Origin: Sphingobacteriales bacterium
GTDB lineage: Bacteria; Bacteroidota; Bacteroidia; CAILMK01; JAAYUY01
Direction of reading: 5' to 3'
Assembly (NCBI GenBank): GCA_012517435.1
Contig: JAAYUY010000086.1
Location: 1-62,808, forward strand
Length of the DNA: 62,808 nucleotides
In this document: positions 32,501 to 42,190 of the stretch, in pieces
How the letters are laid out: each line of letters opens with the position of its first letter
Numbering within the stretch: position 1 is the stretch's first letter
Made by a program: the position numbers and the translations under genes
The notes under the pieces: model-generated
Databases searched by the model: none
What the model was told of the DNA's origin: nothing
What the model saw: the letters and a program-made list of their open reading frames with translations, nothing else

Positions 32501-34606
32501 ATGGAAAATATTTTAGACACACCCATTGAATACCTGAAAGGTGTGGGACCTGTCAGGGCTGCTGTGTTAAATAAATATGCCGGAATATCTAATTTCAATG
32601 ATCTGTTAAATTATTTCCCTTTTCGCTATCTCGACAAAAGCAATGTTTACAAAATAAAGGATATTGTCTCTGATTCCGTTAATATTCAGCTTCTTGGTGT
32701 GATTACGAATATTTATGAGGCTGGTGAAGGGCCTTCAAAACGTTTAATAGCTGAATTACAGGATGATACCGGAACTATTGAACTTGTTTGGTTTAAAGGT
32801 TTGAAATGGCTAAAAAGCTCGCTGAAAACAGGATATGAATATTTTGTTTTTGGAAAACCTGTTATCTTCAGAGGCAAATTCAACATACCTCATCCCGAAA
32901 TGGAACTGAGTACTTCAAGGGAAGAAAAACAAATAAAACTGAAATTTCAGCCTGTTTACAGCACCACCGAAGGGCTTACCCGTAAGGGACTCGACAGCAA
33001 AGGCATCATGAAACTTCAGTATGAACTGTTGACAAGGGTTTTACCTGAAATTCACGAGATATTACCTCTCAGCATGCTGAAGATACTTCAGTTCCCTGAA
33101 AGGGCAGAAGCTTATCGTCAGATTCACTTTCCGACTGATATCGGAATACTCGAAAAAGCAAGGGAGCGTTTCAAATTTGAAGAATTCTTTTTTCAGCAGT
33201 TTGAACTGTTAAGTTACCGCAGAAACAGAGAGCTTAAGGTAAAGGGCTATGTTTTTTCTGAGGTGGGGAACTTGTTTAAAACATTTTTCCATGAGGTGCT
33301 TCCTTTTCAACTGACTGAGGCCCAGAAAAGGGTGATACGCGAAATCAGAAATGACATGAAAAGCGGTAAGCAAATGAACCGCCTGCTTCAGGGGGATGTT
33401 GGCAGTGGAAAAACAATTGTGGCATTGCTCTGTATGTTAATTGCTGCTGATAATGGATTTCAATCGGCTTTGATGGCCCCGACTGAAATTCTTGCTCAAC
33501 AGCATTTTAAAACCGTTTCAAAATTATTGTCAGGTTTGCCGGTTCAGGTGGCATTAATTACCGGCTCAACCTCCCGAAAAGAAAAAACTATGATCATCAA
33601 AGGAGTGGAGGCCGGAGAAATCACTATTCTGATAGGCACCCATGCCTTGATTGAAGATGATGTCAGGTTTAGAAATCTCGGCTTTGCTGTGATTGATGAA
33701 CAACATAAATTCGGAGTGGCACAGCGGGCAAAAATGTGGCTCAAAAGTGAAATTCCGCCTCATGTTTTAATCATGACTGCAACGCCAATTCCCCGGACAC
33801 TGGCCATGACATTTTACGGGGATCTGGATACATCGGTGATTGATGAACTGCCTCCGGGACGAAAAAACATTATAACCCGTCATGTCTATGACAATTCCCG
33901 GGAACAGGTTTACGATTTTATCAGAAAAAAAATTCTGGAAGGGAGGCAGGTTTACATTGTTTTTCCACTGATTGAAGAATCAGAAAAGCTGGATTTGAAA
34001 AATCTGATGGATGGATACGAACAATTAAAAAGCTATTTTCCCGAACCACACTACAGACTTGGTATTGTTCATGGCAGGATGAAAACGGAAGTCAAAGACA
34101 GGGAAATGGAAAAATTTGTGAATGGCACTACCCATATCCTTGTTTCCACAACTGTTATTGAGGTTGGGGTAGATGTCCCGAATGCCACAGTAATGGTCAT
34201 TGAAAGTGCAGAAAAGTTTGGACTGAGCCAGCTTCACCAGTTAAGGGGCAGGGTGGGTCGCGGAGGCGAACAATCCTTCTGTATCCTGATGTCATCTGTT
34301 AAACTCACCCATGAAGCCCGTAAAAGGCTTGAAACCATGACAGCTACGACAGATGGTTTTAAGATTGCAGAAGTTGACCTTGAACTTCGTGGGCCGGGCG
34401 AATTGACCGGAACACAGCAAAGTGGTGTTTTAAACTTCAGAATTGCCAGTCTGGCAACCGATCAGGCTATTTTGCAGACGGCCAGAAAACTCGCAAAACA
34501 TCTGATTGATGCAGATCCACTTCTGACCTTGCCTGAACACATTCCCCTGAAAAAATACCTCTCCCTTTTGTGGAAAAACAAATTCTACTGGGGGAAAATT
34601 TCCTGA
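32501..34606 (+). CDS. recG: ATP-dependent DNA helicase RecG
   Basis: 701 aa. Wedge/OB N-terminus and SF2 helicase motifs (GDVGSGKTIVA, DEQHKFG, TATPIPRT, QLHQLRGRVGRG). Confidence 0.95.
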   Translation: MENILDTPIEYLKGVGPVRAAVLNKYAGISNFNDLLNYFPFRYLDKSNVYKIKDIVSDSVNIQLLGVITNIYEAGEGPSKRLIAELQDDTGTIELVWFKGLKWLKSSLKTGYEYFVFGKPVIFRGKFNIPHPEMELSTSREEKQIKLKFQPVYSTTEGLTRKGLDSKGIMKLQYELLTRVLPEIHEILPLSMLKILQFPERAEAYRQIHFPTDIGILEKARERFKFEEFFFQQFELLSYRRNRELKVKGYVFSEVGNLFKTFFHEVLPFQLTEAQKRVIREIRNDMKSGKQMNRLLQGDVGSGKTIVALLCMLIAADNGFQSALMAPTEILAQQHFKTVSKLLSGLPVQVALITGSTSRKEKTMIIKGVEAGEITILIGTHALIEDDVRFRNLGFAVIDEQHKFGVAQRAKMWLKSEIPPHVLIMTATPIPRTLAMTFYGDLDTSVIDELPPGRKNIITRHVYDNSREQVYDFIRKKILEGRQVYIVFPLIEESEKLDLKNLMDGYEQLKSYFPEPHYRLGIVHGRMKTEVKDREMEKFVNGTTHILVSTTVIEVGVDVPNATVMVIESAEKFGLSQLHQLRGRVGRGGEQSFCILMSSVKLTHEARKRLETMTATTDGFKIAEVDLELRGPGELTGTQQSGVLNFRIASLATDQAILQTARKLAKHLIDADPLLTLPEHIPLKKYLSLLWKNKFYWGKIS

Positions 34607-35413
34607 TTACTGATGATTGCTGATAAGTTCCCTGAGTTTTGCGGCAGCTTGTTCAGCCCCGTTCTTATCTGTAAATGTCAATGAAGTAAGTCCGTTCATT
34701 TCACTGAAAGAAGTGCATTTGACATCAAAACATTTTTCTTCATTTTTACTCTTGAACTGTAAGGAAAAACTTCCTCCTGAAAGTTCTTTTACTGCTACTT
34801 CTCCGATTTTCCGGAAAGGCAGTTTGACCACACATGATTCACTGGTAAAAACCAGCATGTCAGTTTTGTTTTCAACGGTGAAAACACGATGATACTTATC
34901 GTATTTTGCACACAAATCGTTGATTTCTTTCAGCAGTTTATCTGAACCTTTTGAACCTTTTGAGGCTGTGCTGCCCTTGCCACCTGATGTTATTTTCAAT
35001 AGCTTGTTCAGGTTTGCACTCACTTTCTGGGCATATTTTTTATCGCTCATGGTAATAGCGGTTACGCTATCCATTTCATCAAAGCTTGTGCACTGAACGT
35101 CAATGACTTCCTCATGTCCTTTCGTTGAAAAAACTACCTGATAGTTTTCTTCGCTGGGTCTGGTATAGATGCTGGCTATTTTATCTGCAGGTATTTCAAC
35201 TGTGCAATACTCACTTACCATGGTAAGTATTTGTGTCGATTCATTGTAGGAAAATACACGCTTGTAAAGGTCGTATTTTTCGCACCATTCATTGATATCA
35301 TCAAGGAGGTCTTTGACTTTTTTGCTTTGGGCATTAACATTTAGCATTGGTATTAAAATCATCAAGCTAATGATTAACAATACATTGATTCTGAGTTTTT
35401 TGTAATTGTTCAT
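34607..35413 (-). CDS. Secreted hypothetical protein made of two tandem ~110-aa homologous domains
   Basis: 268 aa with a signal peptide (LLIISLMILIPMLNVNA). The two halves align, sharing LL..IN..C.KYD.Y.RVF ... SE.C.V..P..KI ... DV.CTSF.EM. They are joined by a GGKGSTASKGSKGS linker. Confidence 0.7.
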   Translation of the reverse strand: MNNYKKLRINVLLIISLMILIPMLNVNAQSKKVKDLLDDINEWCEKYDLYKRVFSYNESTQILTMVSEYCTVEIPADKIASIYTRPSEENYQVVFSTKGHEEVIDVQCTSFDEMDSVTAITMSDKKYAQKVSANLNKLLKITSGGKGSTASKGSKGSDKLLKEINDLCAKYDKYHRVFTVENKTDMLVFTSESCVVKLPFRKIGEVAVKELSGGSFSLQFKSKNEEKCFDVKCTSFSEMNGLTSLTFTDKNGAEQAAAKLRELISNHQ

Positions 35414-35475
35414 TTTCGTAATTTTAAAAGTTTAGAAAATTATATACCTGTTGTCAGGCATTGGTAAATAAAAAA

Positions 35476-35511
35476 ATCAGCAGATTTCATTGCTGAAACC
35501 TGCTGATTTTT
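35476..35511. terminator. Bidirectional intrinsic terminator hairpin
   Basis: ATCAGCAG (35476-35483) pairs with CTGCTGAT (35500-35507). An A-run lies on the 5' side and a T-run on the 3' side. It sits 23 nt downstream of the minus-strand LTD gene. Confidence 0.7.
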
Positions 35512-35533
35512 AAAAGTTATGAAAATTACCAAG

Positions 35534-37510
35534 TTATTGAATAAAAATGGTAGATGTCAATGTTTCCTTATTAGATACGGATAGTTTAACCAGATAAATA
35601 CCCTGGGGCAAATTTTCAGTTGTCAGACGGATAATAGATTGTTCTGAAGTGAGGTTGATAATTTGTTTGCCTGTAATGTCAGTCAGAATGCACGAAGTGG
35701 TTGTTCCGCCAAAAGGATTGACGATATTAATTACTCCATTCGATGGGTTTGGATAAATAAGTAGTTGTGACTTTCTTTGTTCGTTGATTGCGTTTGGCTG
35801 GTGAAGAATGAAATCGCTGATGAATCTTGGATTGATCTGATAACCATCGAGATAAGGAGGAGTTGAGGTGCTGTTGTACTGACCTCCAAAACCTATCAGG
35901 TTAAAGGAAGTATCAACAAAATTGCTGTCGAATGCTTCGCAAAGGTCATCAATGCGGATGACAAATGTATCGGTGCCGTTGGTAGCTCTGATATTATAGC
36001 CGGAGCTGGCTTTTGAAGTTGTATCTACTATAGTCAGATTCATAATCTTAACGAGAATATTTTCAGTTGATTCATCCAGTTTGGTAACGACTACCGGAGT
36101 TGGCTGTGCCTCATTTGTAGAAAGTAAAACGATGGAATCGGGCATAATTTCCAATAACCCTCTGTATTGGGCTATTTTCCCGATAACTCTGATTTTATCA
36201 CCCGGTTTTGCCTGATAAGTAAGACCAGCGCTTGCATATTGGAAAACATTAATTCCTCCTGTTGCATCGGCCATCCAGAATTGCTGGTTGGTGGCATGGA
36301 AATTCTGGGAAAAAACAACTCCTTCCAGTTTGCAATAAACATTCAATGAATCAGCTACTCCCTGATTATCAACTTTATTGATTTGGGAGATGGTGTACAT
36401 TGGAATGGGTTTGGGGAACAATTCATTGACTGCTCCCGGGGTAGGTTTGGTAAAGGTGAAATTCCCTGTTCCGTTTGGATAGCGGCCAAAAGTAGTATCA
36501 TCTTTTTGTTTATTAAAAACAATTATATCTGAAACAACCACATTTGGATTGGTCAACAGCAACATGCCTCCGTCTTCTTCAACTTCAAAATTGGCTTTAA
36601 GCGGATAATTGTTGCCGGAATTGTTGCCATAAACAATCAGATAGCCATTGGAAACAATACTGGTATCGGGAAACTGCCACATGGTTTTATTGGTGGAGTC
36701 ATTGCTTAAATACCAGTCTTTGAGAGATACATTATTGGCGTTTGGATTGTAGATTTCAATCCAGTCGTCAGAATTTGACCCGTTAGCCAGAAATTCATTA
36801 ATAACCAGCTTGTCATAACTTTGAGGAGGGGTAAAGGTGTGTTTTCCGATGTCAGTCCATGTATTTTGAGGATAAACAATCCACTCCGAACTTGCAGCAT
36901 CGGTGCCTGCAGCAGCATCCCAGTCTTTATTCGGGCCTAAAACCTTTGGTTTTCTGACCATTGTATGGTCTGCAGTGGCATTGGCTACGCCTGCTACTGC
37001 CCAACCTGTTCCGGGATTGACCAGGTCATACCTGCCGATGTAATCGATGACCTCAACATATAACGTATCAGTGCCCGAAATGACTGTATCGGTCTCGGTT
37101 GTTCCTTTCTGAACCAGTTTGCCTAAACCTCTCGCATCATTCCCATTAAATGATACCACCAGGGTAGTCGAACTGTAAGAGATTTTTTCATCTGCATAAG
37201 GGAGAATGGATGTAGCATCTGCCTGTGAATTGGCTATTACCCAAACATCATTATTGTGGAGATATTTACCTGCCGGAAATTTATGCGTGCTTGCCCCGTT
37301 CCATGCAGATCCATTGGAGGAAATTAAGATGACATAATCCGACAACAATACAGAATCTCCGGTTCCATTGAAAATTTCAATGTACTTGTGATTACTTGAG
37401 CCTTCTGCATATTCTGAAAAGAATAATTCAAGCGCTCCCTGACCCATCAGGTTTGAACCCAAAATCATTGACACTGCGGTCAATGCTAAAAAGCGTATTT
37501 TTTTCCTCAT
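35534..37510 (-). CDS. Secreted surface protein with lamin-tail (LTD) domains, an OB-fold-like region and a T9SS C-terminal sorting domain
   Basis: 658 aa with a signal peptide. Two LTD-like segments (LFFSEYAEGSSNHKYIEIFNGTGDSV and LVINEFLANGSNSDDWIEIYNPNANNVSL). C-terminus LLIYPNPSNGVINI ... LPQGIYLVKL is typical of Por/T9SS CTDs. Confidence 0.75.
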   Translation of the reverse strand: MRKKIRFLALTAVSMILGSNLMGQGALELFFSEYAEGSSNHKYIEIFNGTGDSVLLSDYVILISSNGSAWNGASTHKFPAGKYLHNNDVWVIANSQADATSILPYADEKISYSSTTLVVSFNGNDARGLGKLVQKGTTETDTVISGTDTLYVEVIDYIGRYDLVNPGTGWAVAGVANATADHTMVRKPKVLGPNKDWDAAAGTDAASSEWIVYPQNTWTDIGKHTFTPPQSYDKLVINEFLANGSNSDDWIEIYNPNANNVSLKDWYLSNDSTNKTMWQFPDTSIVSNGYLIVYGNNSGNNYPLKANFEVEEDGGMLLLTNPNVVVSDIIVFNKQKDDTTFGRYPNGTGNFTFTKPTPGAVNELFPKPIPMYTISQINKVDNQGVADSLNVYCKLEGVVFSQNFHATNQQFWMADATGGINVFQYASAGLTYQAKPGDKIRVIGKIAQYRGLLEIMPDSIVLLSTNEAQPTPVVVTKLDESTENILVKIMNLTIVDTTSKASSGYNIRATNGTDTFVIRIDDLCEAFDSNFVDTSFNLIGFGGQYNSTSTPPYLDGYQINPRFISDFILHQPNAINEQRKSQLLIYPNPSNGVINIVNPFGGTTTSCILTDITGKQIINLTSEQSIIRLTTENLPQGIYLVKLSVSNKETLTSTIFIQ

Positions 37511-37550
37511 AGCTTGTTATTTTTATTGTTATTACTGAAAAAGATTTATG

Positions 37551-37558
37551 CAAAATTA
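37551..37558 (-). promoter_or_regulatory. -7 box TAATTTTG (minus strand) for the LTD/T9SS gene
   Basis: Plus-strand CAAAATTA is the reverse complement of TAATTTTG. It lies 40 nt upstream of the ATG at 37510. Confidence 0.4.
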
Positions 37559-37649
37559 CTCTTGACCATTAAATCTGCAATATTTTGTGGATAAATTCTT
37601 TGACTTTATTGCTTTTTGCAGATGAAGATAAATTATTGATTCAAAACTT

Positions 37650-37657
37650 TATTTTTG
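37650..37657 (+). promoter_or_regulatory. -7 box TATTTTTG for hutI-ftcD
   Basis: Exact TAnnTTTG match 31 nt upstream of the hutI ATG. Confidence 0.4.
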
Positions 37658-37688
37658 CCGCACGTTTTAATCTGATAAATAAGCCTTA

Positions 37689-38966
37689 ATGAGTTTATTA
37701 ATAAAGAATATCAAGGGGTTGGTTCAGTTTTCCGATGTCGCTCCTTCTTTCCGGAAGGGGGAGGAGATGAAACATTTACCTGTTCTGGAAGAAGCCTGGA
37801 TAGCAATTAAAAACGGACTTATTGAGGATTATGGTTTAATGACGGAAGATCAGAGACTTTCACATTATTCTGATGCTGAAGTATATGATGCTTCAGGACG
37901 GTTTGTTTTCCCTTCATGGATTGATGCTCATACACACCTCGTATTTGCTGAAACACGTGAAGCTGAGTTTGTTATGAAGATTGCCGGCTATTCTTATGAA
38001 CAAATTGCCAGAGAAGGTGGGGGAATATTAAATTCTGTTGAAAAACTCAGAAAAATTTCAGAAGATGAATTATTTATCCGTTCATACCATCGTTTGCTTG
38101 GCTTGGTTTCACTTGCTACGGGGGCTATCGAAATTAAAAGCGGTTATGGTCTGAATACGGAAGCTGAATTGAAAATGCTTCGGGTCGTCAAAAGACTCAG
38201 GGAGCTGAATATCATTCCGGTAAAATCTACCTTTCTGGGGGCTCATGCCATTCCGAAGGAGTTTAAACATGATAAAAAGGCCTATATCCGGTTGCTGACA
38301 AATGAAATGATTCCGGAAATTTCAAAAGCAGGTCTGGCTGATTACATTGATATTTTTATTGAAGAAGGATTTTTCAGCGTGGAAGATGCAGAAGAAATTC
38401 TGGAAATTGCCCGAAAATATCATTTAAAACCTCGCTTACATGTTGACCAGATGACAGCATCAGGTGGACTGGACCTGGCCATCAGATATGGAGCCATCAG
38501 TGCCGATCATCTGGAACAAACAGGTGAAAGTGGAATTAACATGCTGAAAAACAGTCAGGTAATACCTGTTCTCCTGCCTTCCTGTTCATTTTATCTCAGG
38601 ATGAAATATCCTGATGCCCGTAAAATGATTGACAGTGGATTAGGGGTTGTCATTGCTTCTGATTTCAATCCGGGAAGCTCCCCCTCAGGTAACCTGAATT
38701 TCAGCCTTTCTCTTGCCTGTATTCAGATGCGTATGTTTCCGGAAGAAGCTGTCAATGCCCTTACTGTTAATGCTGCTCATGCCCTTGAACTTAACAGGGA
38801 ATGTGGTTTTATCGGCAGAGGTGCCAGGGCAAATCTTTTTATTACTGCTCCCGTACCTTCCATTGCTTTTCTCCCTTATTATTTTGGAAGAAATTTGATT
38901 GAAAAAGTAATTGTCAATGGAAAATTTTTCGATGAATATGACTTTCAGTCTAACCATAAATTTTAA
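37689..38966 (+). CDS. hutI: Imidazolonepropionase
   Basis: 425-aa amidohydrolase fold (WIDAHTHLVFAETREAEF ... YEQIAREGGGILNSV ... HVDQ ... ASDFNPGSSP), characteristic of HutI. Confidence 0.88.
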   Translation: MSLLIKNIKGLVQFSDVAPSFRKGEEMKHLPVLEEAWIAIKNGLIEDYGLMTEDQRLSHYSDAEVYDASGRFVFPSWIDAHTHLVFAETREAEFVMKIAGYSYEQIAREGGGILNSVEKLRKISEDELFIRSYHRLLGLVSLATGAIEIKSGYGLNTEAELKMLRVVKRLRELNIIPVKSTFLGAHAIPKEFKHDKKAYIRLLTNEMIPEISKAGLADYIDIFIEEGFFSVEDAEEILEIARKYHLKPRLHVDQMTASGGLDLAIRYGAISADHLEQTGESGINMLKNSQVIPVLLPSCSFYLRMKYPDARKMIDSGLGVVIASDFNPGSSPSGNLNFSLSLACIQMRMFPEEAVNALTVNAAHALELNRECGFIGRGARANLFITAPVPSIAFLPYYFGRNLIEKVIVNGKFFDEYDFQSNHKF

Positions 38967-38974
38967 CTGTTGAT

Positions 38975-40645
38975 ATGAAACAATTGATTGAATGTGTGCC
39001 TAATTTCAGTGAGGGCAGAGATATGAATATTATCAGGCAGATTACCGATGAGATAGAGAAAGTGGAAGGGGTAAAATTGCTTGATGTCGATCCCGGACAG
39101 GCGACCAACCGAACGGTTGTTACTTTTGTCGGAGAACCTGAAAAGGTTGTGAAAGCTGCATTTCAGGCTGTGAAAAAAGCGAAGGAGCTGATTGATATGA
39201 GTAAACACAAAGGAGCACATCCCCGCTTTGGGGCCACAGATGTTTGTCCGCTTGTGCCTGTTTCCGGAATTTCCATGGAAGAAACTGTCAGATTTGCCAG
39301 AATGTTAGCTGAAAAAATCGGTAATGAACTTGATATTCCGGTTTATTGCTATGAAAATGCCGCATTTACCGAAGAAAGACGCAATCTGGCTAATGTCAGG
39401 TCGGGAGAATATGAAGGATTGCCTGAAAAACTCAGGAATCCCGAATGGAAACCTGATTTTGGTCCTTCCGAATTCAGGCCTAAGACAGGGGCCATTGCAG
39501 TGGGAGCACGCGACTTTCTGATTGCCGTTAATTTTAACCTGAATACGACCAGCACAAGAAGGGCAAATGCCATTGCTTTTGATGTCAGGGAAAAAGGAAG
39601 GCAGAAAATGAAAGATGGAAAACCCCTTCTGGATGAAAACGGGCAGGAAATATGGGAACCCGGTACACTCAAGGCCACTAAAGCTATCGGCTGGTTTATC
39701 GATGAATACGGCATTGCTCAGGTTTCCATGAATATTACCAATATCAGCATTACTCCTTTACATGTTGCTTTTGATGAAGTGGACGAAAAAGCCAGAAAGA
39801 GAGGGGTGAGGGTAACCGGAACCGAAATCGTTGGTCTTGTGCCGTTGAAAGCCATTATCGAAGCCGGTAAACATTATCTGAAAAAACAACAGCGCTCAGT
39901 GGGTGTTTCTGAGGCTGAACTGATTAAGATAGCCATAAAATCAATGGGGCTGGATGATTTATATCCTTTTAAGCCTGAGGAAAAAATCATTGAATATGTC
40001 ATTGCCGATAAGTCAAAGAAGAAACTTATTGACATGAATCTTACAGCTTTTGCTCATGAGACGGCAAGTGAATCGCCAGCTCCGGGCGGAGGAAGTATAT
40101 CTGCATATGCAGGCGCACTCGGGGCAGCTCTTGCTACCATGGTAGCCAATCTTTCTTCCCACAAAAGAGGATGGGACGACAGGTGGGAAGAGTTTTCTGA
40201 CTGGGCAGAAAAAGGCCACCGCTTTGTGGATGAGCTTATTGAACTCGTTGATGAAGATACTAATGCTTTCAACAAGGTAATGGATGCCTTTCAGTTGCCC
40301 AAAACAACTGATGAAGAAAGGCAAATTCGTACTCAGGCCATACAGGATGCAACCAAATATGCTATGCTGGTACCTTATAGGGTAATGGAAAAATCACTTG
40401 CCTCAATGGAAGTCATCAGGGCTATGGCTCAGTATGGTAATCCCAATTCTGCCTCCGATGCTGGAGTAGGTGCACTTTGTGCTCTAACAGCCGTAAAAGG
40501 GGCATTCCTCAATGTCAGAATTAATTCTGCCGGCCTGAAAGACAAGACATTTGTTGAAGAAATGCTGGCAAAAGGTAAATCTATGGTCGAAGCTGCTGAA
40601 AGTCTTCAAAATGAAATTCTTCAATTGGTTGAGACTCATCTCTAA
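38975..40645 (+). CDS. ftcD: Bifunctional glutamate formimidoyltransferase / formimidoyltetrahydrofolate cyclodeaminase
   Basis: 556 aa. Transferase N-terminus (LIECVPNFSEGRD ... HPRFGATDVCP) fused to a cyclodeaminase C-terminus (SESPAPGGGSISAYAGALGAALATMVANLS). Confidence 0.85.
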   Translation: MKQLIECVPNFSEGRDMNIIRQITDEIEKVEGVKLLDVDPGQATNRTVVTFVGEPEKVVKAAFQAVKKAKELIDMSKHKGAHPRFGATDVCPLVPVSGISMEETVRFARMLAEKIGNELDIPVYCYENAAFTEERRNLANVRSGEYEGLPEKLRNPEWKPDFGPSEFRPKTGAIAVGARDFLIAVNFNLNTTSTRRANAIAFDVREKGRQKMKDGKPLLDENGQEIWEPGTLKATKAIGWFIDEYGIAQVSMNITNISITPLHVAFDEVDEKARKRGVRVTGTEIVGLVPLKAIIEAGKHYLKKQQRSVGVSEAELIKIAIKSMGLDDLYPFKPEEKIIEYVIADKSKKKLIDMNLTAFAHETASESPAPGGGSISAYAGALGAALATMVANLSSHKRGWDDRWEEFSDWAEKGHRFVDELIELVDEDTNAFNKVMDAFQLPKTTDEERQIRTQAIQDATKYAMLVPYRVMEKSLASMEVIRAMAQYGNPNSASDAGVGALCALTAVKGAFLNVRINSAGLKDKTFVEEMLAKGKSMVEAAESLQNEILQLVETHL

Positions 40646-40731
40646 TCTGGAATCATTCCAGATTATTGTGCTACAATTATTTTGGCTTAATTTGGCAATC
40701 ATTTTGCAAAACTTAAATAAAAATTAATCCG

Positions 40732-41088
40732 ATGAAAAAGTCATTTATTCTTCTTGGTTTGTTGAGCTTTATGTGTTACTTTAGTTATGCACAGCATATT
40801 ACCGATGAAACGTCAAAATCCTACTACGATGAAGCCAAAACAAAGCTAAAGGAAGTCTATTCCTTCATTGAAGTAAATACCTTCAGTGAAAAAGGCGATA
40901 ATCAGATTGTCGGTAAAACCATGAAAAAACATGGTCCTTATTTCTATTACTATGAAAATGGTAAATTAAAAATTCAGGGCAATTACAAATATGATAAGAA
41001 GCATGGGACATGGCTCTACTATGACGACAAAGGCAACCTGCTTAAAACCGAAGAATACAAAGACGGAGAATTGATACTTTCGAAATAA
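40732..41088 (+). CDS. Small secreted MORN-variant repeat protein (YwqK-like)
   Basis: 118 aa with a signal peptide. Repeats of the HGPYFYYYENGKLKIQGNYKYDKKHGTWLYYDDKGNL type. Confidence 0.6.
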   Translation: MKKSFILLGLLSFMCYFSYAQHITDETSKSYYDEAKTKLKEVYSFIEVNTFSEKGDNQIVGKTMKKHGPYFYYYENGKLKIQGNYKYDKKHGTWLYYDDKGNLLKTEEYKDGELILSK

Positions 41089-41108
41089 AACTGTCTTCAA
41101 TAACCACA

Positions 41109-41142
41109 AAAGGGAATCTGCTGGTGCGGGTTCCCTTTTTTT
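41109..41142 (+). terminator. Rho-independent terminator after the MORN gene
   Basis: AAAGGGAA (41109-41116) pairs with TTCCCTTT (41131-41138), and the stem can extend inward. Followed by a T-run. Confidence 0.7.
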
Positions 41143-41194
41143 ATTCGGTTGCTTTAATTTTCAGATATTTGAACCAAATTTTAAATGCCCTCAT

Positions 41195-42190
41195 TTGAAG
41201 ATACTGGTCATTCGTTTTAGCTCTATTGGCGACATCGTTCTGACTACTCCGGTTATCAGGTGCCTGAAAAGAAAATTTCCGGATGCGAGGATTGATTTTT
41301 TAGTCAAGCCGCAGTACCGTCAGCTTATTTCCTCCAATCCGAATATTGATCATATTATTGAATTTCAGGGAAATATAAGTAGTCTAATCCGGCTTCTCAG
41401 AAAAGAAAACTATCATTTTATCATCGACCTGCACAAAAATATCAGAAGTACACTGATACGGTTTTTATTATTAAAACCATGGGTAACATTTTCCAAGCTG
41501 AATTTCAGAAAATGGCTGATGGTCAGTTTTAAAATTAACCTTTTACCTCAAAAACATCTGGTACAGCGCTATTTTGAAGCTGTAAAACAAATAGGGGTTG
41601 AAAATGACTTTTTAGCCTGTGATTTCTATTTTGATCAGGATCCGGAAATGATTGTCAATCAACTTCTTTCTGATAAAATAACCGGTGAATATTATGTTAT
41701 CGTTTTAAGCGGAACTTACTTTACCAAGCGCCTTCCGGTGGAAAAAATCTCCGGAATCGTCAGTTTACTGGAATTACCGGTGATTCTTTTGGGAGGGAAA
41801 AATGAAGAAGAAATGGCTTCACAGCTTAAATCTGCTCATGAAAATAAGGTGATTGATTTTTGTGGTAAAACAGATATTCAGCAGTCGGCAGCCATCATCA
41901 GGAAGGCAAAGGCAGTTTTGTCCGGAGACACCGGTATGATGCACATTGCCGCAGCACTTGGGAAAAAAGTAATTTCTGTCTGGGGAAATACCATTCCTGA
42001 ATTTGGTATGTTTCCTTATTACGGAGGCGAAAACCCATGGGAGCTCAGGCAAAATATTTTTGAAGTAAAAGGCCTGTCGTGTCGCCCTTGCTCAAAACTT
42101 GGGAAAAATACCTGTCCGAAAAAACATTTCCGTTGTATGAATGATCTCGATACAACGGAAATGGCTATTACTATGAAAAATTTGAATTAA
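41195..42190 (+). CDS. Glycosyltransferase family 9 (heptosyltransferase-like), TTG start
   Basis: 331 aa ([36 protein letters not shown] ... [22 protein letters not shown]). There is no in-frame ATG nearby. Confidence 0.8.
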   Translation: MKILVIRFSSIGDIVLTTPVIRCLKRKFPDARIDFLVKPQYRQLISSNPNIDHIIEFQGNISSLIRLLRKENYHFIIDLHKNIRSTLIRFLLLKPWVTFSKLNFRKWLMVSFKINLLPQKHLVQRYFEAVKQIGVENDFLACDFYFDQDPEMIVNQLLSDKITGEYYVIVLSGTYFTKRLPVEKISGIVSLLELPVILLGGKNEEEMASQLKSAHENKVIDFCGKTDIQQSAAIIRKAKAVLSGDTGMMHIAAALGKKVISVWGNTIPEFGMFPYYGGENPWELRQNIFEVKGLSCRPCSKLGKNTCPKKHFRCMNDLDTTEMAITMKNLN

